A stretch of 64,000 bases of DNA from Candidatus Omnitrophota bacterium (GCA_016867115.1 VGKG01000001.1:29237-93236), one strand, 5' to 3'; positions 1 to 9,421 are shown, counted from the stretch's first letter. Numbers and translations: made by a program. Notes: generated by a model not told the origin, from the sequence alone.

Positions 1-528
1 TTTGACCTGAGCTGAAGCCACCGGCATGCGGTAGGTTATCGGCCGCAAGGACGTGCCTGTGACAGCGACGGGAGGATATTCTTCTTTAAGATCAGGCAGG
101 CGCTTTTTACAGCGGATTACCGCGCCCATTTTTCTTAAAGGAAGGGTGACGCGGCGCATGGGCCTGCGGGAAAGCGAACGTGCCGCAGCAAGCTTAGACG
201 TAAAGGGCTGCCCTGCCAATACGCCCATAAGCAGCCGCAAAGTAGTGCCGGATTCAGCCGCAAAAAGAGCTCCCGCGGGCTTCTTTAAACCAAAAAGGCC
301 CCTGCCGTAGATTTTAACGGAGGCGCCGTCGCGGTTTATCTTTACCCCTAATCTCTTAAGGCAGCTTAGCGTGGCGAGGCAATCTTTATTGGAGGGGAAA
401 TTTTCTATGCGGGTTACGCCTGCGCTTAATGCGCCCAGGATCGCCGCGCGGTGGGCAATGGATTTATCGCCGGCAAAAGTTACTCTTCCTTTTAACCGGA
501 GGATAGGCCTGACTGCGCAAGGCGCCAT
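1..528 (-). CDS. aroA: 3-phosphoshikimate 1-carboxyvinyltransferase (EPSP synthase). Only the N-terminal part lies in the window; the gene runs off the left edge. ATG at 528..526 on the minus strand.
   Basis: Minus-strand translation from 528: MAPCAVRPILRLKGRVTFAGDKSIAHRAAILGALSAGVTRIENF...ESGTTLRLLMGVLAG, matching the EPSP synthase N-terminal motifs. The frame stays open to position 1. The ORF track misses it because no stop lies inside the window. Confidence 0.75.
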   Translation of the reverse strand, partial: MAPCAVRPILRLKGRVTFAGDKSIAHRAAILGALSAGVTRIENFPSNKDCLATLSCLKRLGVKINRDGASVKIYGRGLFGLKKPAGALFAAESGTTLRLLMGVLAGQPFTSKLAAARSLSRRPMRRVTLPLRKMGAVIRCKKRLPDLKEEYPPVAVTGTSLRPITYRMPVASAQVK

Positions 529-1353
529 CTATTTTCTGACTACCTGATCGCCTTCGTTGATCTTATTCTTCAGATCCGGGACGGTAAAACCTGCGGCAGC
601 CATGGCGTCATGCAGTTTTTCTACTCTGATATCGCCAAGGTACTTATTGTTGCGATAGACCGAGAAAGTATCGCCCATCCTGACGCCGTCTTTACTGCCA
701 AGGCTGATCACGGCGAAATTATAATCTTTATTCATGACCAGGACCTTTCCTTCAAGGGCCTTCGCCTTTACTGCTACTGCTTTTGCCGCTGCCGTCTTTG
801 CCGGGGCCTTGGTCTGCGCCTTGGATGTCTTTGCGGATTTCTGCGCCTCGGGACTGACCACGATCGTGCCTAATTCCACTCCTTCGGTCTTGGCCTCCAG
901 GTCCTTCATCCTTGTCTCCAGGGAAGTCTTCTGCGCCTCCAGGTCTTTTACTACGGCCTGGGTCTTTCTCGCCTCGTCCTGAGCCTGATTGAACTTCTGT
1001 TCCAGGTCCGCCCTCAGGGTCTTCTGCTGTTCAAGGTCAGAACGCAATAGCTCTATCTTGGTGAGGGCCTCCTGCTTCGCGCTCTTCTCATGTTTCAAAT
1101 CCTCACCCAGCCTGTCGATCTGGACTTTTGCCTCCTGGAGTTTAAGCTGCAGTTCAGAGATCTTGGACTTGGCTTCCTGAAACTGCTCCTCCATAGTCCT
1201 GAGTTTCGCATCTGTGTCGCTAAGTTGCTGAGTAAGCAGGGTGCTTTTTTGCTGTTCTTTCTGGAAGAGGTAAAAACCGCCGCCGGCAAGGCCCAGAGAA
1301 ATAATGATCAATACGATTAAGATAACGACCGCGATTTTCGCCTTCTGGTTCAT
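529..1353 (-). CDS. Membrane-anchored coiled-coil protein of unknown function: N-terminal TM helix, long heptad coiled coil, Lys/Ala-rich stretch, small C-terminal domain.
   Basis: 274-aa ORF. TM helix IAVVILIVLIIISLGLAGGGFYLF, then ~150 aa of coiled coil (LEQK..., KDLEAK...), a KTAAAKAVAVKAKA-type low-complexity segment, and a C-terminal ~60-aa domain. Its stop codon abuts the aroA start at 528/529. Confidence 0.6.
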   Translation of the reverse strand: MNQKAKIAVVILIVLIIISLGLAGGGFYLFQKEQQKSTLLTQQLSDTDAKLRTMEEQFQEAKSKISELQLKLQEAKVQIDRLGEDLKHEKSAKQEALTKIELLRSDLEQQKTLRADLEQKFNQAQDEARKTQAVVKDLEAQKTSLETRMKDLEAKTEGVELGTIVVSPEAQKSAKTSKAQTKAPAKTAAAKAVAVKAKALEGKVLVMNKDYNFAVISLGSKDGVRMGDTFSVYRNNKYLGDIRVEKLHDAMAAAGFTVPDLKNKINEGDQVVRK

Positions 1354-1439
1354 ATCGCCTCCCTGTAAAAGATATGGTCTGCCCTTCCTTTATGTTACCC
1401 CTTAATATATCACCACTTAGTGAAAAATCAAGACTTTTT

Positions 1440-1652
1440 AATGAGCAGACAACTTATGGAACCGCCTGCCTACGGCAGGCAGAAAGCGAGTGATATAAGT
1501 TGTAGCTGCCTCATTTAATTATACTCAGCGTCTGCAAATTATCCCAAAAGGGATAGCCCTTCCTACACCTATAAGGAAGGGGCTTAATACCGAGCGTGCG
1601 AAGAAGATTTTTAACTAAGAAATATCGGAAATCTTCGAGCGTTTACGCGAGG
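1440..1652. repeat. Copy 1 of a conserved structured intergenic element (candidate ncRNA or cis-RNA family); copy 2 is at 38890..39029.
   Basis: Blocks shared with copy 2: AATGAGCAGACAACTTATGGA, [variable hairpin], ATAAGTTGTAGCTGCCT, TTTAATTA, CAGCGTCTGC, TTCGAGCGTTTA(C/G)GCGAGG. A long inverted repeat CAGACAACTTATGG / ATAAGTTGTAGCTG encloses a variable GC-rich hairpin (CTGCCTACGGCAGGCAG). Confidence 0.6.
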
Positions 1653-2571
1653 CAGATAGGGCTTCCTTACTAAAGACAACTTTGAATTCTTCCGGAATTT
1701 CGCTTGAGAACTCCATAAATATTCCGGTTGCCGGATGCGTGAAACCGAGGTATGTCGCATGCAGCGCAAGGCGCGTGAATGAGGCCTCCTTTCCGTATTT
1801 TTCATCGCCCAGTATCGGATGCCCGAGAAACGCAAGATGCACCCTTAACTGATGCGTCCTTCCGGTATAGGGCTCAAGCTCAAGGAGGCTGAAAGCGTCC
1901 CCGCGGCGGATGGTACGGTAATGCGTCTTTGCGTATTTTGTCCCTGCGCCGAAACCGGCGGCCATATTTTTGCGCTTTAGCGGATGCCTGCCGATAGGGA
2001 CCTCAATGACGCCTTCATCGAACTCGACTCTTCCTTTTACCAGGGCGACATATTTACGCCTGATCGAATGCTTTGCAAACTGGCGCGCGAGGGCAAGATG
2101 CGATTGATTATCCTTGGCGATCACCAGAAGGCCGCTGGTATCTTTATCCAGCCGATGCACGATGCCGGGCCGCTCGGGATTTATGTCGGAGAGTTTCTTA
2201 AAACGGTGCAATAACGCGTTCACCAGCGTATGGGAAGGATTTCCTGGGGCAGGATGAACCACAAGCCCGCACCCCTTATCGATCACCGCCAGGTGCCCGT
2301 CTTCATAGACAACATCCAGGGGGATGTCTTCTGCCAGGAGCCCGGAGGGAGCGCTTGGCTCGACGCTAAAAGCCACCTCATCTCCCAGTTTTAATTTATG
2401 GTGGCAAGTGGCGACCGCTTTTCCTGAAAGGCGCACCTTTCCTTGGCGGATAAGCTGCTGGATGCGGCTGCGCGACAGGCCTAGGTTATCCCGGCGGGAG
2501 ACCTCAACAAGCAGCAAGTCCAGGCGCTTGCCTGCGCCCTGCTCATCGACCTTGAATACGAACTCCTTCAT
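1615..2571 (-). CDS. rluD: 23S rRNA pseudouridine synthase, RluA/RluD family
   Basis: 318 aa with an N-terminal S4-like region, the catalytic HRLDKDTSGLLV motif and RluA-family core. The last ~22 codons overlap repeat element copy 1. Confidence 0.85.
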   Translation of the reverse strand: MKEFVFKVDEQGAGKRLDLLLVEVSRRDNLGLSRSRIQQLIRQGKVRLSGKAVATCHHKLKLGDEVAFSVEPSAPSGLLAEDIPLDVVYEDGHLAVIDKGCGLVVHPAPGNPSHTLVNALLHRFKKLSDINPERPGIVHRLDKDTSGLLVIAKDNQSHLALARQFAKHSIRRKYVALVKGRVEFDEGVIEVPIGRHPLKRKNMAAGFGAGTKYAKTHYRTIRRGDAFSLLELEPYTGRTHQLRVHLAFLGHPILGDEKYGKEASFTRLALHATYLGFTHPATGIFMEFSSEIPEEFKVVFSKEALSASRKRSKISDIS

Positions 2572-2576
2572 TTTAA

Positions 2577-3272
2577 TTACCTTTTCTTTCTTAAATGCAG
2601 GTATAAAGGCAGGGCGGTGAAAAAGAGCGCAAGGCTTAAGAAATGAAAGAGCGTCAGGCCATCCAGGATCCTGGGATTATCCTGACGCAAGAACTCTACG
2701 ATGAACCTCTTCACGGAATAAAGTATCAGGTAGGCGTAAAAGACCTCTCCTGCCCGGTGCGGCTTCTCCTGCAGGGACCTTAAACCGGCGTAGATCGCCA
2801 CCAGCGCCAGCGAAGAATAAAGTTGTACCGGGATCAGGGACGACTCATCCCCGAAGCAGCAACCGTTCAGCAGGCAACCGACCCTGCCGATGCCCTGGGC
2901 CAGGGCGACAAAGGGCGAAATCAGGTCGAGGATCCTGTAGACGGGAAGCCTCTTGTACTTGATATAAAAAATACTGAAGCCGACGCCGGAAATGAGCCCG
3001 CCGAACCAGGATAGCCCGCCGCGCTGAAACATCACTATCTCAGGCAGATCGGCCAGATAATGCGGCAGGTTCTCCGCAACGTAAAAGAGCCGCGCGCCGA
3101 TGACGCCGGAGACAAAGGCCCCGAAGGTGAGGTTCAGGATCACATCGGGGCTGACCCGCTCCTTTTTAGCCTGGAGGCAGGCCAGGAACGTAGCCACCAA
3201 AAAAGCAATGACCAGCATCAGGCCGTAGCTGTAGACGGTAAACGGTCCGATCCGGCAGATCTCAGGATACAT
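2577..3272 (-). CDS. lgt: Prolipoprotein diacylglyceryl transferase
   Basis: 231-aa polytopic membrane protein with an Lgt-like N-terminus (IGPFTVYSYGLMLVIAFL) and an Lgt signature region GIGRVGCLLNGCCFG. Confidence 0.85.
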   Translation of the reverse strand: MYPEICRIGPFTVYSYGLMLVIAFLVATFLACLQAKKERVSPDVILNLTFGAFVSGVIGARLFYVAENLPHYLADLPEIVMFQRGGLSWFGGLISGVGFSIFYIKYKRLPVYRILDLISPFVALAQGIGRVGCLLNGCCFGDESSLIPVQLYSSLALVAIYAGLRSLQEKPHRAGEVFYAYLILYSVKRFIVEFLRQDNPRILDGLTLFHFLSLALFFTALPLYLHLRKKR

Positions 3273-3288
3273 ATTCGTAAATCATAAA

Positions 3289-3408
3289 TTTCAAGCTATA
3301 AATTAAAAACTTCAAATGAATGTCAAATTGTACAATTTCAAATTAAAAACTTTAATTTGACATTTGTCATTTGGAATTCATTTGGCATTTGAAACTTGAC
3401 ATTTGAAA
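3289..3408. promoter_or_regulatory. AT-rich regulatory island upstream of lgt, with a sigma70-like promoter on the minus strand, a perfect 14-bp palindrome and reiterated CAAATG/TTGACATTTG motifs.
   Basis: Minus strand reads TTGACAttcatttgaagtttttaaTTTATAgc about 20 nt before the lgt ATG. Palindrome AAATTGTACAATTT at 3325..3338. Direct repeats TTGACATTTG(T/A)(C/A)ATT and CAAATG x5. Roughly 80% AT in a ~55% GC context. Confidence 0.5.
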
Positions 3409-3843
3409 TTAACTAACCTTTTTTGTTTTCAAGATAGACAGAGCCAGCAATACGGCGCCGATAGTGATGGCGCTGTCTGCGACATTAAAAACCGGCCAGA
3501 TCCGGAAATCAAGGAAATCGACTACATAACCGAGGGTCAGCCGGTCAATAAGATTTCCCAGCGCCCCTGCCAGGATCAGGCTTAAAGCCGTACAGTAAAG
3601 CAGCGAACCTTTTTTCTCCTTAAGGCTGAACGCGATCAGGATCACGGCAAAGAGGCTGGTGACGATAAACAGGGGCAGCTGATTCTTCAGTATCCCGAAG
3701 GCAGCTCCCCGGTTATGGACCAGGGTAAGATGAAAAATATTCTTTACGACAGGGATCGAATCGTTCAGCGACAGATTCCTTTGCGCGATAAACTTAGTAA
3801 GGCAGTCTAAGGAAAGGACACAAAAAACGATGATGAAGATCAT
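3409..3843 (-). CDS. lspA: Lipoprotein signal peptidase (signal peptidase II)
   Basis: 144 aa with four TM helices and the LspA motifs VHNRGAAFG and FNVADSAI. Confidence 0.88.
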   Translation of the reverse strand: MIFIIVFCVLSLDCLTKFIAQRNLSLNDSIPVVKNIFHLTLVHNRGAAFGILKNQLPLFIVTSLFAVILIAFSLKEKKGSLLYCTALSLILAGALGNLIDRLTLGYVVDFLDFRIWPVFNVADSAITIGAVLLALSILKTKKVS

Positions 3844-3861
3844 CGGGAGGGGTTTTAAAGG

Positions 3862-4245
3862 TTAACGCTTCTCCCTCTTCTCCTGGCACTTGACGCAAAG
3901 GCGCGCGTGAGGGATTGCCTTGAGCCTGTTCTTGGCGATCAGATTCTTGCAGTCTTCGCAGATGCCGAATGTCCCCTCTTCTATCTTTTTGAGGACGTCG
4001 TCGAGCTCATAAAGGAGCTTGCGTTCGTTGGAGGCGAGCCCCAAGGAAAACTCGCGGTCATAGGTGTCCGTGGCCACATCCGCCATGTGGTAGGTATATC
4101 CGGAGATGTCGCCGGCGGCGTCTTTTTGGGATTTTTTCAGGGTGTCTTCGGAGGAATGCTTTATGCTGTCCAGGACCTCTTCCCTGCGCTTCAAGACGAT
4201 CTTTTTAAACTCCTGCAGCTCTTTTTTAGTGTATTTCTTCTTCAA
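3862..4245 (-). CDS. DksA/TraR-family C4 zinc-finger protein
   Basis: 127 aa. N-terminal coiled-coil region and a C-terminal CxxC...CxxC finger (CEDCKNLIAKNRLKAIPHARLCVKC), typical of DksA/TraR. Confidence 0.75.
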   Translation of the reverse strand: MKKKYTKKELQEFKKIVLKRREEVLDSIKHSSEDTLKKSQKDAAGDISGYTYHMADVATDTYDREFSLGLASNERKLLYELDDVLKKIEEGTFGICEDCKNLIAKNRLKAIPHARLCVKCQEKREKR

Positions 4246-4246
4246 C

Positions 4247-7030
4247 TTATTTCTCCTCTCTGATTGCCTGAAGACACTTTTCGCAGATCAGGGGATGCCC
4301 GACGGATTTTCCGACTTGGTCGCTGTAGTTCCAGCAGCGCACGCACTTTGCGCCGCAGGCTTTAAGCGCAACTATCTCTTTATCGAAGCTGGCCCTTTTC
4401 TCCACATTTACCTGTGAAACCTTAAAGATCTCGCAGAGTTCTGGTTTTAAGCTTTCTAAATATTTATAACGAATTTCATCTTTTGTCAACAGATTTATTT
4501 GGGCGTCAAAGGAGCTTCCGATTTCGCCCTTGCCGCGCAGGGCCTCAAGCTCTGCGGCGACAAGAGGCACCAGCTCTAAGACAGGCTTTAACTCGGATTC
4601 GATGTCTTTCCCGGAAGCGGCAAAATCATCCTGGGCAAAGACCGGATTGTGCCTTGGCCAGTCAGCCAGATGCACGTGTTTTAGCGCAACCTCAGCTCCT
4701 TCTTTAGGCATGTTCTGCCAGATCTCTTCTGCGCTGAATACCAGGATCGGAGCCATGATCCTGGCCAGGACGCTGAGGATCTCATAAATTACCGTTTGTG
4801 CCGCCCGCCTGGCAGTCGAATCCGGGGCATAAGTATAGAGCCTGCCCTTGACCATATCCAGATAATACATGGAGAGGTCTTCGTTGCAAAAATCATAGAT
4901 ACCCTTATAGGCCTTATAGAACTCAAAATCTCCGTAAGCCCGGCTGACCGAATCAAGCATCCGCATGAGCCTGAGCAATATCCAACTGTCGATCTTCGAC
5001 ATCTTTTCGTAAGGCACTTTATTTGCCCCGGGCTCAAAGTCATAGAGGTTGCTCAGGATAAACCGGCAGGTATTACGGATCTTGCGGTAAGCCTCGGCCA
5101 ATCGCGAGAGGATCTCGGGAGAGATCCGGATATCCTCGTTGTAGTCGCTTGACGCAGCCCAGAGCCTTAAGATGTCTGCGCCGTAATCTTTGATGATGTC
5201 GAAAGGCGAGATGACATTGCCCAGCGACTTAGACATCTTCCTGCCTTCGCCGTCCACCACGAATCCGTGCGTCAAGACCGCCTTAAAAGGCGGCTTCTGG
5301 TCGATGCACATCGCCGGAATCAGCGAAGACTGGAACCATCCCCGGTGCTGGTCAGAGCCTTCTAAGTACAGGGCGCAGGGAAACTCCAGCTCTTTTCTTT
5401 TTTTCAAGACTGCCTGGGCGCTCACTCCGGAATCAAACCAGACATCCAGGATATCCGTGCCCTTGGAAAACTCTCTTGCCCCGCATTGCGGGCAACTAAA
5501 ATCCGCGGGAAGGAAATCCTTCAGGTCATGCGTAAACCAGCTGTCAGAGCCTTCGGTTTCCACGAAACGGATGAAATTATCGATCACCGCGGGCGAAAGA
5601 GACTCTTCCCCGCACTTGGTGCAGCTGACCGCAGGAATAGGCACTCCCCAGTATCTCTGCCGGGAGAGGCACCAGTCCGGCCTCAGTTCTACCATAGCCG
5701 AGATCCTCTCCTTGCCTGATGCAGGTATCCACTCTACCTCCTTATCTATGGCTGCAAGCAGCTTCTTCCTCAGGTCCTTATGCTCCAGATTCAGGAACCA
5801 CTGCTTTGTCGCCCGGAAGATTATCGGCGTCTTGCAGCGCCAGCAATGCGGATAGGAGTGCCGGATACCGGAATTAAAGAGCAGGGCTCCAAGCGCAGTA
5901 AGATTCTCAAGGATAGCTTTATTCGCGTCGTAAATATTCATGCCCTTGAACTCCCCTGCGCTTGAGTCAAAGTTCCCCTTTGCGTCCACCGGCATCACGA
6001 CCTCCAGTTTATATTTCAGGCCGGTGAGGTAATCTTCGTTTCCGTGGCCGGGAGCGGTATGCACCAGGCCGGTCCCTTCGTCTTTAGAGACGTAATCAGC
6101 CAGGACCACCCTCCCCTTTCTCAGGCCGAACGGATGTTCGTAAGTCAGCCCTTCAAGGTCTTTTCCGCGAATCTCCTTGAGGACTTCGGAACTCTCGATA
6201 CCGGTATCTGCCAGGACTTTACCTGAAAGCTCCTTTGAGATAATCAGGTTTCCTTTTGCCGTCTTTACGTAAATATAGGTAAGACCGGGGTGGACTGCAA
6301 CCGCGACATTACCGATCAGGGTCCAGGGCGTGGTAGTCCAGATCAATAAAAACGCATCCTTACCGAAAGGCCCTGATTCCTGGAGTTTAAACTTTACGTA
6401 GATCGAAGGAGAAGTGCGCTCTTCATATTCCACTTCCGCCTCGGCAAGCGCAGTCTCGCATTTGTAGCACCAGTTCACCGGCTTAAGCCCGCGGTAGATG
6501 TATCCCTGCTTTACCAGTTCGCAGAAGGCGGCCAGTATCCCCTCTTCATAATCGGGCGTAAGCGTCAGATACGGATTCTCCCAGTCTCCGAAGACCCCCA
6601 GGCGCTTGAACTGCTCCCGCTGGGTATTCACGAAGCGCATGGCGTAATCAAAGGCTTTTTTGCGGAAATCCACCTGCCTGATCTGATATTTATTGATGCC
6701 CAGCTCCTTAAAGAGCTGATGCTCTACCGGCAATCCGTGGCAGTCCCATCCCGGGACATAGGCCGAGTCATGGCCCTGCATGGTCTTGAATTTCACGATG
6801 ATATCCTTAAGCGTCTTATTCAGGGCATGCCCTATATGGATATCGCCGTTAGCATAAGGCGGGCCGTCATGAAGGATGTATTTGGGCCTGCCTTTTGATT
6901 TTTCCGAAATAAGCCGGTAAATGCCCTTCTCCTGCCACTCCTTTAAAAGAAGGGGCTCGCGCCTGGGCAGGTCCGCCTTCATGGGAAATGAAGTCTTTGG
7001 CAGATTAAGGGTAGGTTTGTAGTCTGTCAT
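4247..7030 (-). CDS. ileS: Isoleucyl-tRNA synthetase
   Basis: HIGH motif ([15 protein letters not shown]), KMSKS motif (KMSKSLGNV), CP1 editing region and a C-terminal Zn-binding CxxC pair. The track ORF starts at 7108; [11 protein letters not shown] at 7030 is the more likely start and removes the overlap with mtnP. Confidence 0.9.
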   Translation of the reverse strand: MTDYKPTLNLPKTSFPMKADLPRREPLLLKEWQEKGIYRLISEKSKGRPKYILHDGPPYANGDIHIGHALNKTLKDIIVKFKTMQGHDSAYVPGWDCHGLPVEHQLFKELGINKYQIRQVDFRKKAFDYAMRFVNTQREQFKRLGVFGDWENPYLTLTPDYEEGILAAFCELVKQGYIYRGLKPVNWCYKCETALAEAEVEYEERTSPSIYVKFKLQESGPFGKDAFLLIWTTTPWTLIGNVAVAVHPGLTYIYVKTAKGNLIISKELSGKVLADTGIESSEVLKEIRGKDLEGLTYEHPFGLRKGRVVLADYVSKDEGTGLVHTAPGHGNEDYLTGLKYKLEVVMPVDAKGNFDSSAGEFKGMNIYDANKAILENLTALGALLFNSGIRHSYPHCWRCKTPIIFRATKQWFLNLEHKDLRKKLLAAIDKEVEWIPASGKERISAMVELRPDWCLSRQRYWGVPIPAVSCTKCGEESLSPAVIDNFIRFVETEGSDSWFTHDLKDFLPADFSCPQCGAREFSKGTDILDVWFDSGVSAQAVLKKRKELEFPCALYLEGSDQHRGWFQSSLIPAMCIDQKPPFKAVLTHGFVVDGEGRKMSKSLGNVISPFDIIKDYGADILRLWAASSDYNEDIRISPEILSRLAEAYRKIRNTCRFILSNLYDFEPGANKVPYEKMSKIDSWILLRLMRMLDSVSRAYGDFEFYKAYKGIYDFCNEDLSMYYLDMVKGRLYTYAPDSTARRAAQTVIYEILSVLARIMAPILVFSAEEIWQNMPKEGAEVALKHVHLADWPRHNPVFAQDDFAASGKDIESELKPVLELVPLVAAELEALRGKGEIGSSFDAQINLLTKDEIRYKYLESLKPELCEIFKVSQVNVEKRASFDKEIVALKACGAKCVRCWNYSDQVGKSVGHPLICEKCLQAIREEK

Positions 7031-7031
7031 C

Positions 7032-7892
7032 TTAACTAATGTATTTTCCGATGATGAGCTTAAGCCTTCTCTTGACCTTATCCGGGATGAATCTCCTGTC
7101 GGTGACAATAGCGTATTTCAGGGCGTCCTGACAGGCGCAGGTCCGCTCCTCAGGGATGTCCCGGATCATGCGGGTCAGTATGTTTTTTGCGTTATCGATG
7201 TTCCTGGTCAGGTTCTGGATCACCATCTCAATGGTCACGGAGGCATGGTGCGGATGCCAGCAGTCATAATCCGTCACCGCAGCCAGCGTCGAATAACAGA
7301 TCTCGGCCTCCCTCGCCAGTTTTGCCTCGGCGAAATTGGTCATGCCGATCACATCCATGCCCCAGGAACGGTAGAGATGCGATTCGGCTAAAGTAGAAAA
7401 GGCCGGGCCCTCCATATTTATATAGGTCCCCCGCTCATGGATCCTAAGGTTCAGGTCCTTTCCTGACTTGTATAACAGTCCCCTTAGTTCTTCGCAAACA
7501 GGATGGGCGAATCCGATGTGCGCCACGATACCCTCTTCAAAGAAGCTGGTATCTCTGGCATAATTGGTCCGGTCCACGAACTGGTCCACCGCGACAAAAT
7601 CAAGCGGCCTGAAATCCTCTTTAAGGCTCCCGCAGGCAGTGACCGAAATGATGCGCTCAACGCCCAACTTCTTCATGGCAAAGATATTGGCGCGGTAGTT
7701 GATGTGGCTGGGCGCTATACGGTGGCCCACGTCATGGCGCGGGACAAAGACCACTTCCTTCCCCTCCAGCTCTCCGATCACGAACCTTCCGGAGGGGCGG
7801 CCGAAAGGAGTGTTAAAGCATACTTTCTTTCTCACCTTTATGCCTTCGATCCTGTACAGGCCGCTTCCGCCGATGATCCCGATCCGCCCCAT
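7032..7892 (-). CDS. mtnP: S-methyl-5'-thioadenosine phosphorylase / purine nucleoside phosphorylase family
   Basis: 286 aa. N-terminus [13 protein letters not shown] and PNP/MTAP family core; a CxC...C tail is present as in MTAPs. Confidence 0.8.
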   Translation of the reverse strand: MGRIGIIGGSGLYRIEGIKVRKKVCFNTPFGRPSGRFVIGELEGKEVVFVPRHDVGHRIAPSHINYRANIFAMKKLGVERIISVTACGSLKEDFRPLDFVAVDQFVDRTNYARDTSFFEEGIVAHIGFAHPVCEELRGLLYKSGKDLNLRIHERGTYINMEGPAFSTLAESHLYRSWGMDVIGMTNFAEAKLAREAEICYSTLAAVTDYDCWHPHHASVTIEMVIQNLTRNIDNAKNILTRMIRDIPEERTCACQDALKYAIVTDRRFIPDKVKRRLKLIIGKYIS

Positions 7893-7894
7893 AT

Positions 7895-8707
7895 TTAGCC
7901 CCCTCCGGATAATTCCTGCGCCCGCTTGAAAGCCGCTTTTACGGCGTCGGCGACAGAACCGCCTGATTCCAGGACTTTCAGCCCCGCCTCGGTGGTCCCG
8001 CCTTTAGAGGCGACCTTTTTTATTAATTCCGGGCACGTCCAATTCCTGGCTTTCAATAAAGATACCGTTCCTTTCACGGTCTTTTCGGATAATCTTTGCG
8101 CAAGGACTCTGTCAAATCCGATGCCTGCCGCTGCAAGGGTCAATTCTTCAATAAACTTATCCACCCCAGCAGCATCATTAACAGAAGTCTTTACGCAATA
8201 ACAAAAAAATGCAGGCCCGCTCCCCGAAACCGCGGTTACGGCATCCATCATTTTTTCATCAGCAATATCGGCCGATAAACCGATGAACCTCAATAATTGC
8301 CTTGTAATATCAAGGTCTGATTCATTAGCCGACTTGCCCTTATATAGCCCCGAGAAACCTTCTCCGATCACCGCCGGAAGATTAGGCATGGCCCGCACGA
8401 CTCGCGAGCAGTTTAATATGTTCTCGATATAAGACGCCTTGGTCCCCGCGGCGATTGAGATGATGAGCTTATCTTTTACGCCCGGCTTAATCTCCTCTAA
8501 GAGCATTTCCATGTCCTGCGGCTTTACCGCCAGGATCACGGCATCTGCCATCCCCGCTAATTCAGCCGCGCTGCCCGCAAGTTCAAGATTTGAAAGATCG
8601 CCGGTCTTTGAGGCGTCTTTATCAAAGACAAGGACCCTGTAATCTTTTTTGATCCTTTCGGCTATTGCCGAACCCATATTCCCGAATCCTATAATGCCGA
8701 TCGTCAT
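7895..8707 (-). CDS. proC: Pyrroline-5-carboxylate reductase
   Basis: 270 aa with a Rossmann N-terminus IGIIGFGNMGSAI and ProC-family C-terminal domain. Confidence 0.85.
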   Translation of the reverse strand: MTIGIIGFGNMGSAIAERIKKDYRVLVFDKDASKTGDLSNLELAGSAAELAGMADAVILAVKPQDMEMLLEEIKPGVKDKLIISIAAGTKASYIENILNCSRVVRAMPNLPAVIGEGFSGLYKGKSANESDLDITRQLLRFIGLSADIADEKMMDAVTAVSGSGPAFFCYCVKTSVNDAAGVDKFIEELTLAAAGIGFDRVLAQRLSEKTVKGTVSLLKARNWTCPELIKKVASKGGTTEAGLKVLESGGSVADAVKAAFKRAQELSGGG

Positions 8708-9373
8708 CTAACCCTCGAATATCGCCCGGCCGAGGCGGATCATATTCGCGCCTTCTTCTATGGCTGTCTTGTAATCGTCAGTCATGCCCATGGATAAAGC
8801 CAGGGACCCGTAACTCGTAACTCGTAACTCGTAAATTTTGTCCCGTAATTCTTTTAGGCGCCGGAAATAAAGCCGCGCCTTTTCAGGATTGTCGACGAGA
8901 GGGGCGATCGTCATCAATCCTTTGATACTGACGTTTTTTAACGCCTTAATGATCAGAAATGCCTCAATCAGGCTCTCCGGCCGAAGGCCAAATTTGCTTT
9001 CTTCGCCTGAGGTATTCACCTGGATCAGGATATCCTGGACCTTATTGATCTTTGCCGCCTGCCTATCGATCTCTTCGGCAAGATGCAGGCTATCCACCGA
9101 ATGGATCAGGTCAAAAATCCTGACTGCGTCTTTGGCTTTATTCGTCTGCAGGTGACCGACCATGTGCCATCTTATCGGTTGTGTGCCGTAAGCAGTATGC
9201 TGTATGCCGCGGTACTTCGTCAGGGCTTCCTGAGCCTTATTCTCGCCGATATCACGGATCCCGGCTGCGATCACCTCCACGATCTGATCAATAGTCCTGC
9301 CCTTAGTGACGCAGACAATAGCCACCGTATCCGGGACTTCCTTACGTAGCTTGCGGATATTCTCGCTGATCAT
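8708..9373 (-). CDS. yggS: YggS/PLPBP-family pyridoxal-phosphate homeostasis protein
   Basis: 221 aa with an alanine-racemase N-terminal-like barrel and HMVGHLQTNK. Contains an in-frame 7-nt x3 tandem repeat at 8809..8829. Confidence 0.85.
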   Translation of the reverse strand: MISENIRKLRKEVPDTVAIVCVTKGRTIDQIVEVIAAGIRDIGENKAQEALTKYRGIQHTAYGTQPIRWHMVGHLQTNKAKDAVRIFDLIHSVDSLHLAEEIDRQAAKINKVQDILIQVNTSGEESKFGLRPESLIEAFLIIKALKNVSIKGLMTIAPLVDNPEKARLYFRRLKELRDKIYELRVTSYGSLALSMGMTDDYKTAIEEGANMIRLGRAIFEG

Positions 9374-9421
9374 ATCTTGGATTAATATTATACACGAGAA
9401 TCATGGCGGGTCAAGCGAAGC

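Noticed and set aside
53-310. 85-aa plus-strand ORF at the window start
   Set aside because: It lies antisense within the aroA (EPSP synthase) reading frame that runs off the left edge, and the aroA frame has a strong family match.
5190-5855. 221-aa plus-strand ORF
   Set aside because: It is antisense to ileS, which has clear HIGH/KMSKS motifs, and has no motifs or RBS. Artefact.
7032-7108. 77-nt overlap between ileS and mtnP implied by the ORF track
   Set aside because: The internal start [11 protein letters not shown] at 7030 matches the conserved IleS N-terminus and removes the overlap. The longer ORF is an upstream in-frame extension.
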